From an uncultured Eubacteriales bacterium (lineage in GTDB: Bacteria; Bacillota; Sulfobacillia; Fermentithermobacillales; Fermentithermobacillaceae), in contig CAZYEC010000004.1 of the NCBI GenBank assembly GCA_964646385.1, positions 7,056 through 69,134 on the forward strand: 62,079 nucleotides of DNA, written 5' to 3'. Shown one piece after another: positions 49,873 through 59,438 of the stretch (position 1 is the stretch's first letter; the number at the start of each line of letters is the position of its first letter). The translations under genes and the position numbers were made by a program. The notes under the pieces are model-generated. The model did not search any database, was not told the DNA's origin, and was given only the letters and a program-made list of their open reading frames with translations.

Positions 49873-51582
49873 ATGTTCTCTTTGCAGGGTGTGCCTAGCG
49901 TAGTGGCTGAGGTGAAAAAGGATATCGGATCTCGCATCGCAAAAGCAGTTGAAAAAGCCAAGCAAAAAGGCGAGTTGCCCGAAAACCTTTCTGTGGAAGT
50001 CAAGATTGAGATGCCACCCAAACCCGAACTGGGGGATTTTGCCACGGGTGTGTCCATGGCTTTGGCAAGGCAAGTAAAAACTGACGGCCGGACAATCGCC
50101 GGGATTATCGTTAAGCACCTGAATATAGATGATTCCCCCGTAGTACGGGTTGACATCGCGGGCCCCGGATTTCTGAATTTTTTCCTCAATGTCAGCTGGC
50201 TTGAAAAAGCCATGTCCAAGATCTGGGCGGAAGGGCCCTCTTACGGGAAGACTGACTACTGCAGCGGAAAAAAAGTGCTGCTTGAGTTCGTAAGCGCAAA
50301 TCCTACCGGTCCGTTGAACGTGGTGAGCGCCCGGGCCGCCGCCGTTGGAGACTGTTTGGCCTCCCTTCTGGAGATGTCAGGGTGCGCCGTGTCACGAGAG
50401 TTTTATGTAAATGATGCGGGTTCCCAAACAGATATTCTTGCCGATTCTGTGGAGGTTCGTTACCGGCAGGCCCTGGGTCAGGAATGCGAGATGCCCGAAA
50501 ACGCCTACATGGGGGACTACATAAATGATTTGGCTGCGGAGCTTGTCAATGTAAAGAGCTCTTCTTTGCTTGACATGCCACAGGAAACGCGTCACAAGGT
50601 CATCAAGAGACATGCTCTTGAACAGATGATAACGCGGCAGAAAAACACGCTTTTGGGTTACGGGCTGCAATTCGATACGTGGTTTTCCGAACAATCCTTG
50701 CGAGATGCCGGGGCTCACAACGAAGTCGTGGAAATACTGGGCAAAAAAAGCCTTATCTACGAAAAAGACGGGGCTATTTGGTTCAAATCCAGTGCTTTCG
50801 GCGACGACAAGGACAGGGTTCTTATCAGATCCGATAGCGGCGCTGCCACCTACATTGTCCCCGATCTGGCTTACCACAAAAATAAATTGGAGCGCGGGTT
50901 CGACCATCTAATAGACATTTTGGGGCCCGATCACCACGGTTACATCAAGAGACTGGCGGCGGGCCTTATGGGGCTCGGTTATCCCAAAGAATGTCTGGAA
51001 ATCCTGATAGTTCAGACTGTGAGGCTTGTAAAAGGCCGGGAAATTGTGAAAATGTCCAAGCGGGGCGGGGAATTTGTAACCATGGACGATCTTTTGGAGG
51101 AAGTGGGCAAAGATGCCGCGAGATTTTTCTTCCTTACGCGTTCACCGGGAAGCCACTTGGATTTTGACCTTGATTTGGCCAAATTGCAGACGAACGAGAA
51201 CCCTGTTTACTACGTGCAGTACGCTCACGCCAGAATCGCAAGCATCTTCAGGCAGGCGAATCAGGAAGGGTTTAACGTTGCCTTGGGCCCCGGCGAGGTC
51301 AAATTCACTTTGTTGCGGGATCCTTCTGAGTTAGCGCTCATGAAAATGCTTGCTCTGTTCCCCGAAGAAATCCACGAAGTGGGCCAGGCCAGGGAGCCAA
51401 ACCGGATTGTAAAATACATGATGGATTTGGCGTCGTCCTTTCACACCTTTTACACCAGGTGTCGGGTACTGGGGGATGATCGCCAGTTGTCCGAGGCCAG
51501 GCTTTATCTGGTGAAGCTGGCCAAGATCGTTTTGGCCAACGCCTTGAGGGTCGCCGGAATTTCGGCACCGGAAGCGATGTAA
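49873..51582 (+). CDS. argS: Arginine--tRNA ligase
   Basis: GDFATG, GPGFLNF, EFVSANPTGPL, LGPDHHGY, KMSKRGGE, YYVQYAHAR, terminal APEAM. Confidence 0.97.
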   Translation: MFSLQGVPSVVAEVKKDIGSRIAKAVEKAKQKGELPENLSVEVKIEMPPKPELGDFATGVSMALARQVKTDGRTIAGIIVKHLNIDDSPVVRVDIAGPGFLNFFLNVSWLEKAMSKIWAEGPSYGKTDYCSGKKVLLEFVSANPTGPLNVVSARAAAVGDCLASLLEMSGCAVSREFYVNDAGSQTDILADSVEVRYRQALGQECEMPENAYMGDYINDLAAELVNVKSSSLLDMPQETRHKVIKRHALEQMITRQKNTLLGYGLQFDTWFSEQSLRDAGAHNEVVEILGKKSLIYEKDGAIWFKSSAFGDDKDRVLIRSDSGAATYIVPDLAYHKNKLERGFDHLIDILGPDHHGYIKRLAAGLMGLGYPKECLEILIVQTVRLVKGREIVKMSKRGGEFVTMDDLLEEVGKDAARFFFLTRSPGSHLDFDLDLAKLQTNENPVYYVQYAHARIASIFRQANQEGFNVALGPGEVKFTLLRDPSELALMKMLALFPEEIHEVGQAREPNRIVKYMMDLASSFHTFYTRCRVLGDDRQLSEARLYLVKLAKIVLANALRVAGISAPEAM

Positions 51583-51592
51583 AGGGACGCAA

Positions 51593-51781
51593 ACTGAGCC
51601 CCGCCTTGATCTTTTTTCTAAGAATTGTACCTGTCTCGGCCCAGGCGAAAGGCGGGGCGACCAAGATGCTTCCAGTTGCGATTACATTGTGCAACAATCG
51701 GGATGCGTCGTCGCTACCGTCTTCGGGAACTAACGTCTTTACCAGAACGATTGTGTCCAGGCAGTAAACAGTCCTACTCAT
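51593..51781 (-). pseudogene. vapC: Truncated PIN-domain (VapC) toxin
   Basis: YCLDTIVLVKTLVPEDGSDDA...APPFAWAETGTILRKK; similarity ends after about 63 aa, and the ORF then runs antisense into argS. Confidence 0.8.
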
Positions 51782-52028
51782 CCCATCCTCCTCTTTCCCT
51801 CAATTCTCGTATTATCTCGGTTGAGTCAGGTTGAATTCCACGACTCTCCAGTTTCCGCCTGGTTCTTTGAAGATCTGCCAAAAGAAAGCTTTGCTCACTG
51901 CGGTCCACTTCCTTTTGTACTGCCGCCACTACAAAGTCGTTCATGGACATGCCGTAGGCTTTCGCTTGTTCCCGCACTTTGTCAAGCAACATTTTTGGGG
52001 CGCGGGGGCTAAACTGCTGGCGTCTCAC
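51774..52028 (-). CDS. Ribbon-helix-helix/Arc-like antitoxin
   Basis: QFSPRAPKMLLDKVREQAKAYGMSMNDFVVAAV, terminal DSTEIIRELR; overlaps the toxin start. Confidence 0.8.
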   Translation of the reverse strand: MRRQQFSPRAPKMLLDKVREQAKAYGMSMNDFVVAAVQKEVDRSEQSFLLADLQRTRRKLESRGIQPDSTEIIRELRERGGWDE

Positions 52029-52072
52029 GAAAACACCCCCATCCTCCGCATACACCGGGAGTTCTGCCCCGG

Positions 52073-52089
52073 ACATCATGCACTGATGT
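52073..52089. promoter_or_regulatory. Probable toxin-antitoxin operator
   Basis: ACATCA-N5-TGATGT inverted repeat just downstream of a minus-strand TTGACA (52096-52101). Confidence 0.5.
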
Positions 52090-52160
52090 TAGTGGTGTCA
52101 AAGAATGCAAGCGTGCAGAGGGATAAGTTTCTTCGCCAGTTTAGGTGTATACTTGGGTAA

Positions 52161-53468
52161 ATGTTTTCTATGGATTCGGCACACAGGGAGGTAAGTTGCA
52201 CCTTGCGGCACTGGAAAGAGATCCCTTTGTTTTCCCAAGTGCGTGAAGAAGACTGGAATGACTGGCGCTGGCAATGGAAAAACCGCATAGAAGATGTCGA
52301 GACCTTGTCCAAAGTGATTCACCTCGAACAGGAGGCTGTAGCGGGGATTCATTGTGCCCTGGCCAAGGTCCGCATGGCAATAACTCCCTATTACGCCAGC
52401 CTCATGGATCCGGTTTCGGAAAACTGCCCCATCCGTCTTCAATCTGTTCCCAGGGGTCAGGAAACAATTGTGCACCCTTGGGAATTCGTCGATCCTTTGG
52501 CAGAAGAAGACGATTCGCCTGTGGAGGGGCTGGTTCACCGCTACCCTGACAGGGTTCTTTTTCTGGTCACAGAGCAATGCTCTATGTATTGCAGGCATTG
52601 CACCAGGCGCAGGGTCGTGGGAGTCACCGATGTCGTAGCGTCGGCTGAAAGGCTTGAGGCCGCCTTTCATTACATCAGGGAACACCCCGAGGTTAAAGAT
52701 GTGCTTGTCTCAGGAGGCGATCCCTTCACCCTTTCAGACGGAAAGCTAGACTTCATCCTGAAATCACTCAGGGAGATTCCCAGCGTAGAAATTATCAGGG
52801 TGGGCACCCGAGTGCCGGTGGTGATGCCCCAAAGAGTCACACACGACCTGGCGCGCCTCTTGGCACGATACCACCCAGTTTACGTGAACACTCAATTTAA
52901 CCACCCCAAAGAGATTACTCCGGAAACGAAAGAGGCTTGCGCCATCTTGGCGGATCATGGCATTCCTTTGGGCAACCAAAGCGTCTTGTTGAGGAGCATA
53001 AACAATTGTCCCGTAATCATGAAGGATCTGATGCGGGGACTCATGAGAATTAGGGTTAAGCCTTACTATGTTTATCAGTGTGACCTGAGTTGGGGCTTGG
53101 ATCATTTTAGGACGCCTATCGGGGAAGGCATCGAGATCATGGAGGCCATGAGGGGCCATATTACGGGTTTGGCGGTTCCCACTTATGTAGTGGATGCTCC
53201 TGGAGGAGGGGGCAAGATCCCTTTGGGGCCCCAATATGTGCTGTCCAGAAGCGCCGATACAGTTGTAGTCAGAAACTATGAAGGCGTCATATCTGCTTAT
53301 AAGGAGCCGAGGTTCGACCCCGGGGAAAGAACCGATGAGAGGGGATTATGCCGTCTTTGCGGGGGCGATCACAAAGATGTGGTGGGGGTCGCTTCTCTAT
53401 TGGCAGGTGACAAGGTTACCTTGGTCCCCAAAGGTACTGAACGACTCAAGAGGAGAATCGGGCGTTAA
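52161..53468 (+). CDS. kamA: Lysine 2,3-aminomutase (radical SAM/PLP)
   Basis: CSMYCRHCTRRR, SGGDP, YQCD, VVDAPGGGGK. Confidence 0.95.
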   Translation: MFSMDSAHREVSCTLRHWKEIPLFSQVREEDWNDWRWQWKNRIEDVETLSKVIHLEQEAVAGIHCALAKVRMAITPYYASLMDPVSENCPIRLQSVPRGQETIVHPWEFVDPLAEEDDSPVEGLVHRYPDRVLFLVTEQCSMYCRHCTRRRVVGVTDVVASAERLEAAFHYIREHPEVKDVLVSGGDPFTLSDGKLDFILKSLREIPSVEIIRVGTRVPVVMPQRVTHDLARLLARYHPVYVNTQFNHPKEITPETKEACAILADHGIPLGNQSVLLRSINNCPVIMKDLMRGLMRIRVKPYYVYQCDLSWGLDHFRTPIGEGIEIMEAMRGHITGLAVPTYVVDAPGGGGKIPLGPQYVLSRSADTVVVRNYEGVISAYKEPRFDPGERTDERGLCRLCGGDHKDVVGVASLLAGDKVTLVPKGTERLKRRIGR

Positions 53469-53559
53469 AAGGTCGTGTGCGGCGCCGGTAAAAAGGCGAC
53501 TGTGTCAGGTTTTCCGCGCGAACGTGCATAAGTTCGCCGTATGATGGGTTTAGGTCGTA

Positions 53560-53587
53560 TTGACAGCGCCCGGCCAGTGGGTAGAAT
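53560..53587 (+). promoter_or_regulatory. sigmaA promoter upstream of rpoE-pyrG
   Basis: TTGACA-N16-TAGAAT with TG extension. Confidence 0.65.
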
Positions 53588-53635
53588 GACTTGGAGCATT
53601 GAGGTTTTCAAACACAAAAAGTTGGGGGTAGTACT

Positions 53636-54046
53636 GTGAGCGATGCCATCCAATTTCAAAGCCCCCGTGCTAAGCCTTCGGTTGGGGACATGGCCTATCG
53701 CGTCCTGAAAGAACGCAGGGAGCCCATGAAGTACAAAGACCTTGTCCACGAAGTCTTAATCCAAAGGGGCGTTTTGCCCGGGCCCGATTTTTCTAGGCTC
53801 ATGGCTAAAACCCATACCGATTTGAGCCTCGACAACCGGTTTTTGAACCGGGGAGGCGGGATGTGCGGCCTTCGGGAATGGACGGTCAAACCTCTTGCGT
53901 ACAAGGTGGTGGAGCTCTCCAACGCCGAAAGGCTCAAACCTGGGGAACGGCTGCGGAGAGAACTGGTAACCGTTGACGAAGGTTATCAAAACGAACAGCC
54001 ACAAGAAGAAACACTAGGGGAGCCCGAAGAACCCGAGGAGGGGTAG
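53636..54046 (+). CDS. rpoE: RNA polymerase delta subunit (HARE-HTH)
   Basis: [26 protein letters not shown]...G..GLREW; adjacent to pyrG. Confidence 0.8.
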   Translation: MSDAIQFQSPRAKPSVGDMAYRVLKERREPMKYKDLVHEVLIQRGVLPGPDFSRLMAKTHTDLSLDNRFLNRGGGMCGLREWTVKPLAYKVVELSNAERLKPGERLRRELVTVDEGYQNEQPQEETLGEPEEPEEG

Positions 54047-54078
54047 GGCTCCCTCCTCTTTATAGGAGGTCAACTGCG

Positions 54079-55695
54079 GTGCCTAAGTTCATATTTGTTA
54101 CGGGAGGGGTTGTTTCAGGCCTCGGGAAGGGAATTACAGCCGCTTCAATTGGCGCGTTACTGAGGGCCAGAGGGTATTCGGTTACCATCATGAAGATGGA
54201 TCCCTATATAAACGTTGATGCCGGTACCATGAGCCCCTTGCAGCACGGTGAAGTGTTTGTGACGGATGACGGTGCGGAAACCGATCTGGATTTGGGGCAT
54301 TATGAAAGGTTCATAGACAGATCGTTATCGGCTGCTAACAACATAACCACAGGGCAGGTTTACGGTTCCGTCATCGACAAAGAACGGAAAGGCGATTTTT
54401 CCGGGAGTACAGTCCAGGTAATCCCCCATGTGACTAACGAAATTAAAGATAGGATCAGAAAGGTAGGGCACGAGTCCGGGGCAGATTTTGTGATCGCGGA
54501 AATCGGTGGTACAGTCGGGGATATTGAAAGCTTGCCTTTTTTGGAGGCCATAAGGCAGTTCAGGGCTGACGCGGGCTTGAAAAACACGCTTTACGTCCAC
54601 GTTACTCTCATCCCGTACATATGGGGGACAGGCGAACTCAAAACCAAACCCACCCAGCACAGCGTCGCTGAACTAAGATCAATAGGAATCGCTCCCGATA
54701 TTCTGGTTTGCAGGTCCAATTACCCTCTGTCCGGGGACACCAAGGACAAGCTTGCCCTGTTCTGCAGCGTGGACCGCCACGCCGTGATTCAGAACCTTAA
54801 TGCCGCGAGTATTTACCAAGTACCTGTCATGATGGAGGAAGAAGGTATAGGATGCATTGTGGAAGACAAGCTTGGCTTGGGAAGGCGGGAGCCGGATCTT
54901 GCCGAGTGGACCAAAATCGGGGTTAAGGTTGGGAACCCAAGCAAGGAATGCAAAGTTGCTATCGTGGGAAAGTATGTGGCCCTCCACGATGCCTATAGCA
55001 GCGTGGTGGAGGCTCTAAGCCACGGGGGCCTGGCTAACGACGCCAAAGTAGAAATTCGCTGGGTCAATTCTATCGATCTGGACGGAGCCACCCAAGAGAC
55101 GGTCAAAGCCGCGTTGAATTGTGCTGACGCGGTGCTTGTGCCCGGGGGATTTGGGAAAAGGGGCGTTCCGGGCAAAATCAAAGCCGTCAGGTACGCCAGG
55201 GAGAACGATGTGCCTTTTTTTGGAATATGCATGGGGCTGCAATGTGCGGCAGTAGAAATCGCGAGACACGTTTTGGAGCTGCCCTGCGCCAATTCGTCGG
55301 AAATCGAGCCCGACACCGGGGATCCCGTCGTCGATCTTTTGCCCGAACAAAAAGGGGCCCAAGGCTGCGGCGGAGACATGCGTCTGGGTCTCTACCCGTG
55401 CCGCTTGAAACCCGGGTCTTTGGCCATGAGGGCGTATGGGGCTGAAATCGTAAAAGAAAGGCACAGGCATCGTTTCGAGATTAACCCCAGGTATGTGGCG
55501 GCCCTAAACGAGGCGGGGCTTCTGACAACCGGCATATGGCCGGCTAGGGGGTTTGTGGAAATCATGGAGCTAAGAGGTCACCCCTGGTTTGTCGGGGTTC
55601 AATTTCATCCGGAATTGGTTTCGAGGCCTCACAGGCCGCACCCTTTGTTCAGAGATTTTGTTGCGGCTGCCATAAATAAGCGAGAAAGAGCGTGA
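54079..55695 (+). CDS. pyrG: CTP synthase
   Basis: [48 protein letters not shown]. Confidence 0.98.
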   Translation: MPKFIFVTGGVVSGLGKGITAASIGALLRARGYSVTIMKMDPYINVDAGTMSPLQHGEVFVTDDGAETDLDLGHYERFIDRSLSAANNITTGQVYGSVIDKERKGDFSGSTVQVIPHVTNEIKDRIRKVGHESGADFVIAEIGGTVGDIESLPFLEAIRQFRADAGLKNTLYVHVTLIPYIWGTGELKTKPTQHSVAELRSIGIAPDILVCRSNYPLSGDTKDKLALFCSVDRHAVIQNLNAASIYQVPVMMEEEGIGCIVEDKLGLGRREPDLAEWTKIGVKVGNPSKECKVAIVGKYVALHDAYSSVVEALSHGGLANDAKVEIRWVNSIDLDGATQETVKAALNCADAVLVPGGFGKRGVPGKIKAVRYARENDVPFFGICMGLQCAAVEIARHVLELPCANSSEIEPDTGDPVVDLLPEQKGAQGCGGDMRLGLYPCRLKPGSLAMRAYGAEIVKERHRHRFEINPRYVAALNEAGLLTTGIWPARGFVEIMELRGHPWFVGVQFHPELVSRPHRPHPLFRDFVAAAINKRERA

Positions 55696-55783
55696 GACCC
55701 TGACAAGCCCCGCCGTGAAGAGACGACTCTCTCATGCAATCAGGCTTTGTAACTAATTAAGGAAAACATGGGGTGATTTTCGG

Positions 55784-57183
55784 ATGGGGTAGGAATCACC
55801 GACACCACTCTTAGGGACGGGCATCAATCCCTCCTTGCTACGCGCATGAAAACCCAAGATATGCTTCCTATTGTGGAAAAGATGGACCAAGTAGGTTTCC
55901 ATTCCGTGGAGGTTTGGGGCGGCGCCACTTTCGATACATGTTTACGGTTTTTGTCGGAGGACCCTTGGGAAAGGCTCAGGGCCTTTAAGCGGGGTTTCAA
56001 AAATACGCCGCTTCAAATGCTCTTGCGAGGCCAAAACCTGGTAGGTTACAGACACTACCCTGATGATGTGGTGGAGCAATTTGTGAAGGCAGCGGTTGCC
56101 AACGGTATTTCCATCATGCGAATCTTCGACGCTTTGAACGATCCTCGCAATATGAGGCGCGCGATGGAAGTCTCAAAAGAAATGGGTGCACACGTTCAGG
56201 CCACGGTTTGTTTCACCATCAGCCCGGTCCACGACTTGAAGCACTATGTGGCTGTTGCAGGGGAGCTCCGGAAAATGGGCGCCGACTCCTTGTGCTTAAA
56301 GGATATGGCGGGGATCATTTCGCCTACCGAAGCCCACGATATCGTGAAGGCATGGAAAGATGAGCTGGGACTTCCCGTGCAGCTTCACTCTCACTACACT
56401 TCGGGCATGGCCTCCATGGCTTACCTCAAGGCGATAGAGGCCGGATGCGATGTTGTGGATTGTGCCATCTCGACCATGTCTATGTCCACTTCGCAACCGC
56501 CGGTGGAGAGCATGGCGGCCGCCCTTCAAAGCACTCCCAAAGATTCCCGGCTGGATCTGAACCTGCTTTCAGAAATCGCCGAGCATCTCAAAGGGGTAAG
56601 GGCAAAGTACGGGGCCTTTGACACCGCTTCGGCGGTACCCGACACTAACGTCTTGCGGTACCAGATTCCCGGGGGAATGATTTCCAATTTCATTTCCCAA
56701 CTGCGCGAACAGGGTCAGATTGAAAAACTCTCTGAGGTGTTGCAAGAAGTGCCCCGAGTGAAAGCCGATCTTGGGCATCCACCACTGGTGACCCCTTCCA
56801 GCCAGATAGTTGGCACCCAGGCGGTGCTGAACGTTCTTATGGGCGAACGTTACAAAATGGCCACCAACGAAGTGAAGGACTATTTGAGGGGACTTTACGG
56901 CAAGGCACCGGGTCGGGTGAGCATTGAGGTTCAAAAGAAGGTGATAGGGGATGAAAAGCCCATTTCCGGCAGGCCCGCAGATCTTATCGAGCCGGGCATG
57001 GCAAAAGCCAAACGGGAATTGGGCCACCTATATTCAAAGGAAGAAGATATACTTTCTTATGCCTTGTTCCCGCCCCAGGCCAAAAAGTTTCTGGAGGAAC
57101 AACTTGCCAAAAGAACCGGAGTCGATTACAACCTTTTGGAACAAGCCGTAAAAGAGCATCCCAAAGGTTTCGCTCCCGTATGA
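55784..57183 (+). CDS. Oxaloacetate decarboxylase alpha/pyruvate carboxylase B-type carboxyltransferase subunit (no biotinyl domain); frameshift at codon 2-3
   Basis: ITDTTLRDGHQSLLATRM, WGGATFD, MLLRGQN, CLKDMAG, HSHYTSG, QIPGGM, PPLVTPSSQ; the SD-spaced ATG at 55784 is out of frame. Confidence 0.85.
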
Positions 57184-58139
57184 TGGTTTCGAAGGGGGAA
57201 GTCGGCTTGAAGGAAATCGATATCTTCCAGGTGGATGCCTTTACCGATGTGTTGTTCGGCGGAAACGCGGCAGGGGTTGTTCCCGATGCCACCGGTTTGT
57301 CCGGCGATGTAATGCAAAAAATCGCTGGGGAGATGAACTTGTCTGAGACGGCTTTTGTCCAAGGCGGGGGCCAGAGCGGGCCTGCCGATTTCGAGGTCAG
57401 GTTTTTTACCCCTGTATCCGAGGTGGACTTGTGCGGGCACGCGACTATAGGCGCCTTTTGGCTATTGGCCGAACTAGGGGTTATTTCCCGGAAATTGCCG
57501 GATGTGAGGGTGACCCAGGAGACCAAAGCCGGAGTTTTGCCTGTGGACATCGAGTACGGTTGCGAAGGCGCCCTGTCCCGGGTGATGATGACTCAAAATG
57601 CCCCTGAAGTCGTGGCGGAACTCTCTTTTCAAGAGGTATCGGAACTGGAAGAGCTGCTGGGGGCCCCCCAAAGTTCCATTGGGGGTTTTGGCCGCGCCAG
57701 GCCCCAGGTTGTTTCCACGGGGTTACCGGACCTGATCACTCCTGTGATTTCTCGAGAAGCCCTTTTGTCCATGAGGCCGAACATGGCGCCGCTTACGGAT
57801 TTTTGTAATGATCGCGGCATAATAAGCGTCCACTGCTTTTCCCTTGACACGGTGCATCCCGCCGCCACGGTCCACTGCAGGGATTTTTCTCCGGCCGTGG
57901 GGGTGCCTGAGGAACCGGCCACGGGCACTGCTTCCGGTGCCACCGGAGCTTATTTGGCCCTGAACAATTTGGTCAGGATTTCTAGTCCTACAACTCGGAT
58001 TGTCTGCGAACAAGGGCACATCCTCAAGCGTCCCTCCAAAATACATGTTGAAATCACCAAGGAAGGGCCAAATGTCGTGGGTGTCAGGGTGGGCGGAAGC
58101 GCAGTCACCGCCATCTCTGGCAGAATCAGAATTCCGTAG
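57180..58139 (+). CDS. PhzF/diaminopimelate-epimerase-like isomerase
   Basis: FQVDAFT...GGNAAGV, SETAF, EVDLCGHAT, EEPATGTA, EQGHILKRPS. Confidence 0.9.
   Translation: MMVSKGEVGLKEIDIFQVDAFTDVLFGGNAAGVVPDATGLSGDVMQKIAGEMNLSETAFVQGGGQSGPADFEVRFFTPVSEVDLCGHATIGAFWLLAELGVISRKLPDVRVTQETKAGVLPVDIEYGCEGALSRVMMTQNAPEVVAELSFQEVSELEELLGAPQSSIGGFGRARPQVVSTGLPDLITPVISREALLSMRPNMAPLTDFCNDRGIISVHCFSLDTVHPAATVHCRDFSPAVGVPEEPATGTASGATGAYLALNNLVRISSPTTRIVCEQGHILKRPSKIHVEITKEGPNVVGVRVGGSAVTAISGRIRIP
57482..57496. repeat. 15-bp palindrome TATTTCC-C-GGAAATT (NBS-like site, copy 3)
   Basis: Identical to 865-879; inside the phzF-like gene. Confidence 0.7.
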
Positions 58140-58312
58140 GTTTCCCTCCATTAAAATTGTGTCCGCTAAAACTGTGGCCGCCAATACCTATTAGAATTTC
58201 CTCGCCATAATATACCCTAGAAGGATATGGATACCCGGCGTAGAAGAGAAAGGGTTGGCGGAACATTTCTACCTTTAGGCCGTCGAAAATGGTGGGAGAG
58301 GTGATCATATCC

Positions 58313-58939
58313 TTGAAAGGAACGCTGCTGGTAACCGGCTTCGAACCCTTTGGGAGCGATGATTTTAACCCCTCCGGGGAAGTGGCCAAAAGGTTGGATG
58401 GCAAAGAGGTGGGAGAATGCCGCGTTCAGTCTAGAATTCTGCCTGTTGAATGGGGGACTGTGAAAAAGGTCCTTACAGGCCTGGTGGACGATCTTGATCC
58501 GGTTGTTGTGCTGTCTTTGGGGTTGGCGGGTGGTAGCCCTAGTATATCGGTGGAAAAGGTGGCGGTGAACTATACCGCCGAAGCCAAGGATAACGCGGGA
58601 AAGATTCCCGAAGAGAGGGCCATTTGCCGCGATGGCGCGGACGCTTACTTTGCGACAATACCTGCCGAAAAAATCGTAAGCCGCCTGGTTCAAACTAAGA
58701 TACCTGCAAGGTTAACTTTTTCCGCGGGCACCTATCTCTGCAACTACGCCTTTTACACGGCGGCATGCCACGTAAAAACCGCCGGTAAAAGAGCCAAAGT
58801 GGGCTTTGTCCACGTGCCTGCGACTCCGGAGATGGTGGCAGGCAAAACCCCCAGGCCATCCATGAATTTGGATACCGTCTGCGACGCGGTGCTGAGCGCT
58901 TTGGAGACCACCGTGGAAACCCTTACAAATTGTGGCTGA
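58313..58939 (+). CDS. pcp: Pyroglutamyl-peptidase I
   Basis: LLVTGFEPF, NPS, SVEKVAVN, AGTYLCN, GFVHVP; TTG start after AGGTGA. Confidence 0.95.
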   Translation: MKGTLLVTGFEPFGSDDFNPSGEVAKRLDGKEVGECRVQSRILPVEWGTVKKVLTGLVDDLDPVVVLSLGLAGGSPSISVEKVAVNYTAEAKDNAGKIPEERAICRDGADAYFATIPAEKIVSRLVQTKIPARLTFSAGTYLCNYAFYTAACHVKTAGKRAKVGFVHVPATPEMVAGKTPRPSMNLDTVCDAVLSALETTVETLTNCG

Positions 58940-59060
58940 AAAAGAAGGATTTTTGGGAAGGGCGAAGAAGTAAGTCCGCCAAGTCTTGTTCCTTTTGACA
59001 ATATAGCTTCTATGGCCCAAAGAAACCGTGCATTACCTGTGATTACCTTGGCAACATAGA

Positions 59061-59090
59061 TTGACCACCCCTGGCTGCGGGTGCTATAAT
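59061..59090 (+). promoter_or_regulatory. sigmaA promoter of the S-layer gene
   Basis: TTGACC-N18-TATAAT with TG extension. Confidence 0.7.
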
Positions 59091-59096
59091 CGGCCA

Positions 59097-59438
59097 TAGC
59101 CTGGCAAGTTGTCCATTAATCGGCCAGTTAGAAAGGCAAAAGCGTACCGGCGAAACATAAAACACAGGGCGAGCAAGAAGAACCCGGCCCGGAGTGACAG
59201 GCTCCCAACACACTTGATTATTCGGACTCCTTTTTATACACAGACGGGAGTCACTCCCCAACTGGGGGGTTAAACCGGGCAAGGTGGAAGGCTGTAGAGA
59301 AATTTCTGGAAGGGGGGTTCTAGGGCAAACCAATCTAGCGTAGTGGGCTCTAGGTTTGTTCATTCCAGATCCAGAGTCAACGAAGTTGACCGGTTAAGTA
59401 CTCCACAGGTACCTAACACGACAAAGGAGGATACAAGC
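59097..59438 (+). other. Long structured 5' leader of the S-layer gene (about 340 nt)
   Basis: Several complementary blocks between the promoter and the SD (AAGGAGG)/GTG; see findings. Confidence 0.55.

Noticed and set aside
51338-51781. 147-aa ORF as an intact VapC toxin
   Set aside because: The length is coincidental; the last 85 or so residues are the antisense of argS with no PIN motifs
54047-54078. pyrG reiterative-transcription attenuator
   Set aside because: The spacer is only 32 nt, with no promoter or terminator/antiterminator; pyrG appears co-transcribed with rpoE
59322-59358. Resemblance to the c-di-GMP-I riboswitch (AGGGCAAACCA...AGTGGG)
   Set aside because: The GNRA tetraloop, the ACGCAAAG ligand-binding segment and the receptor helix are absent
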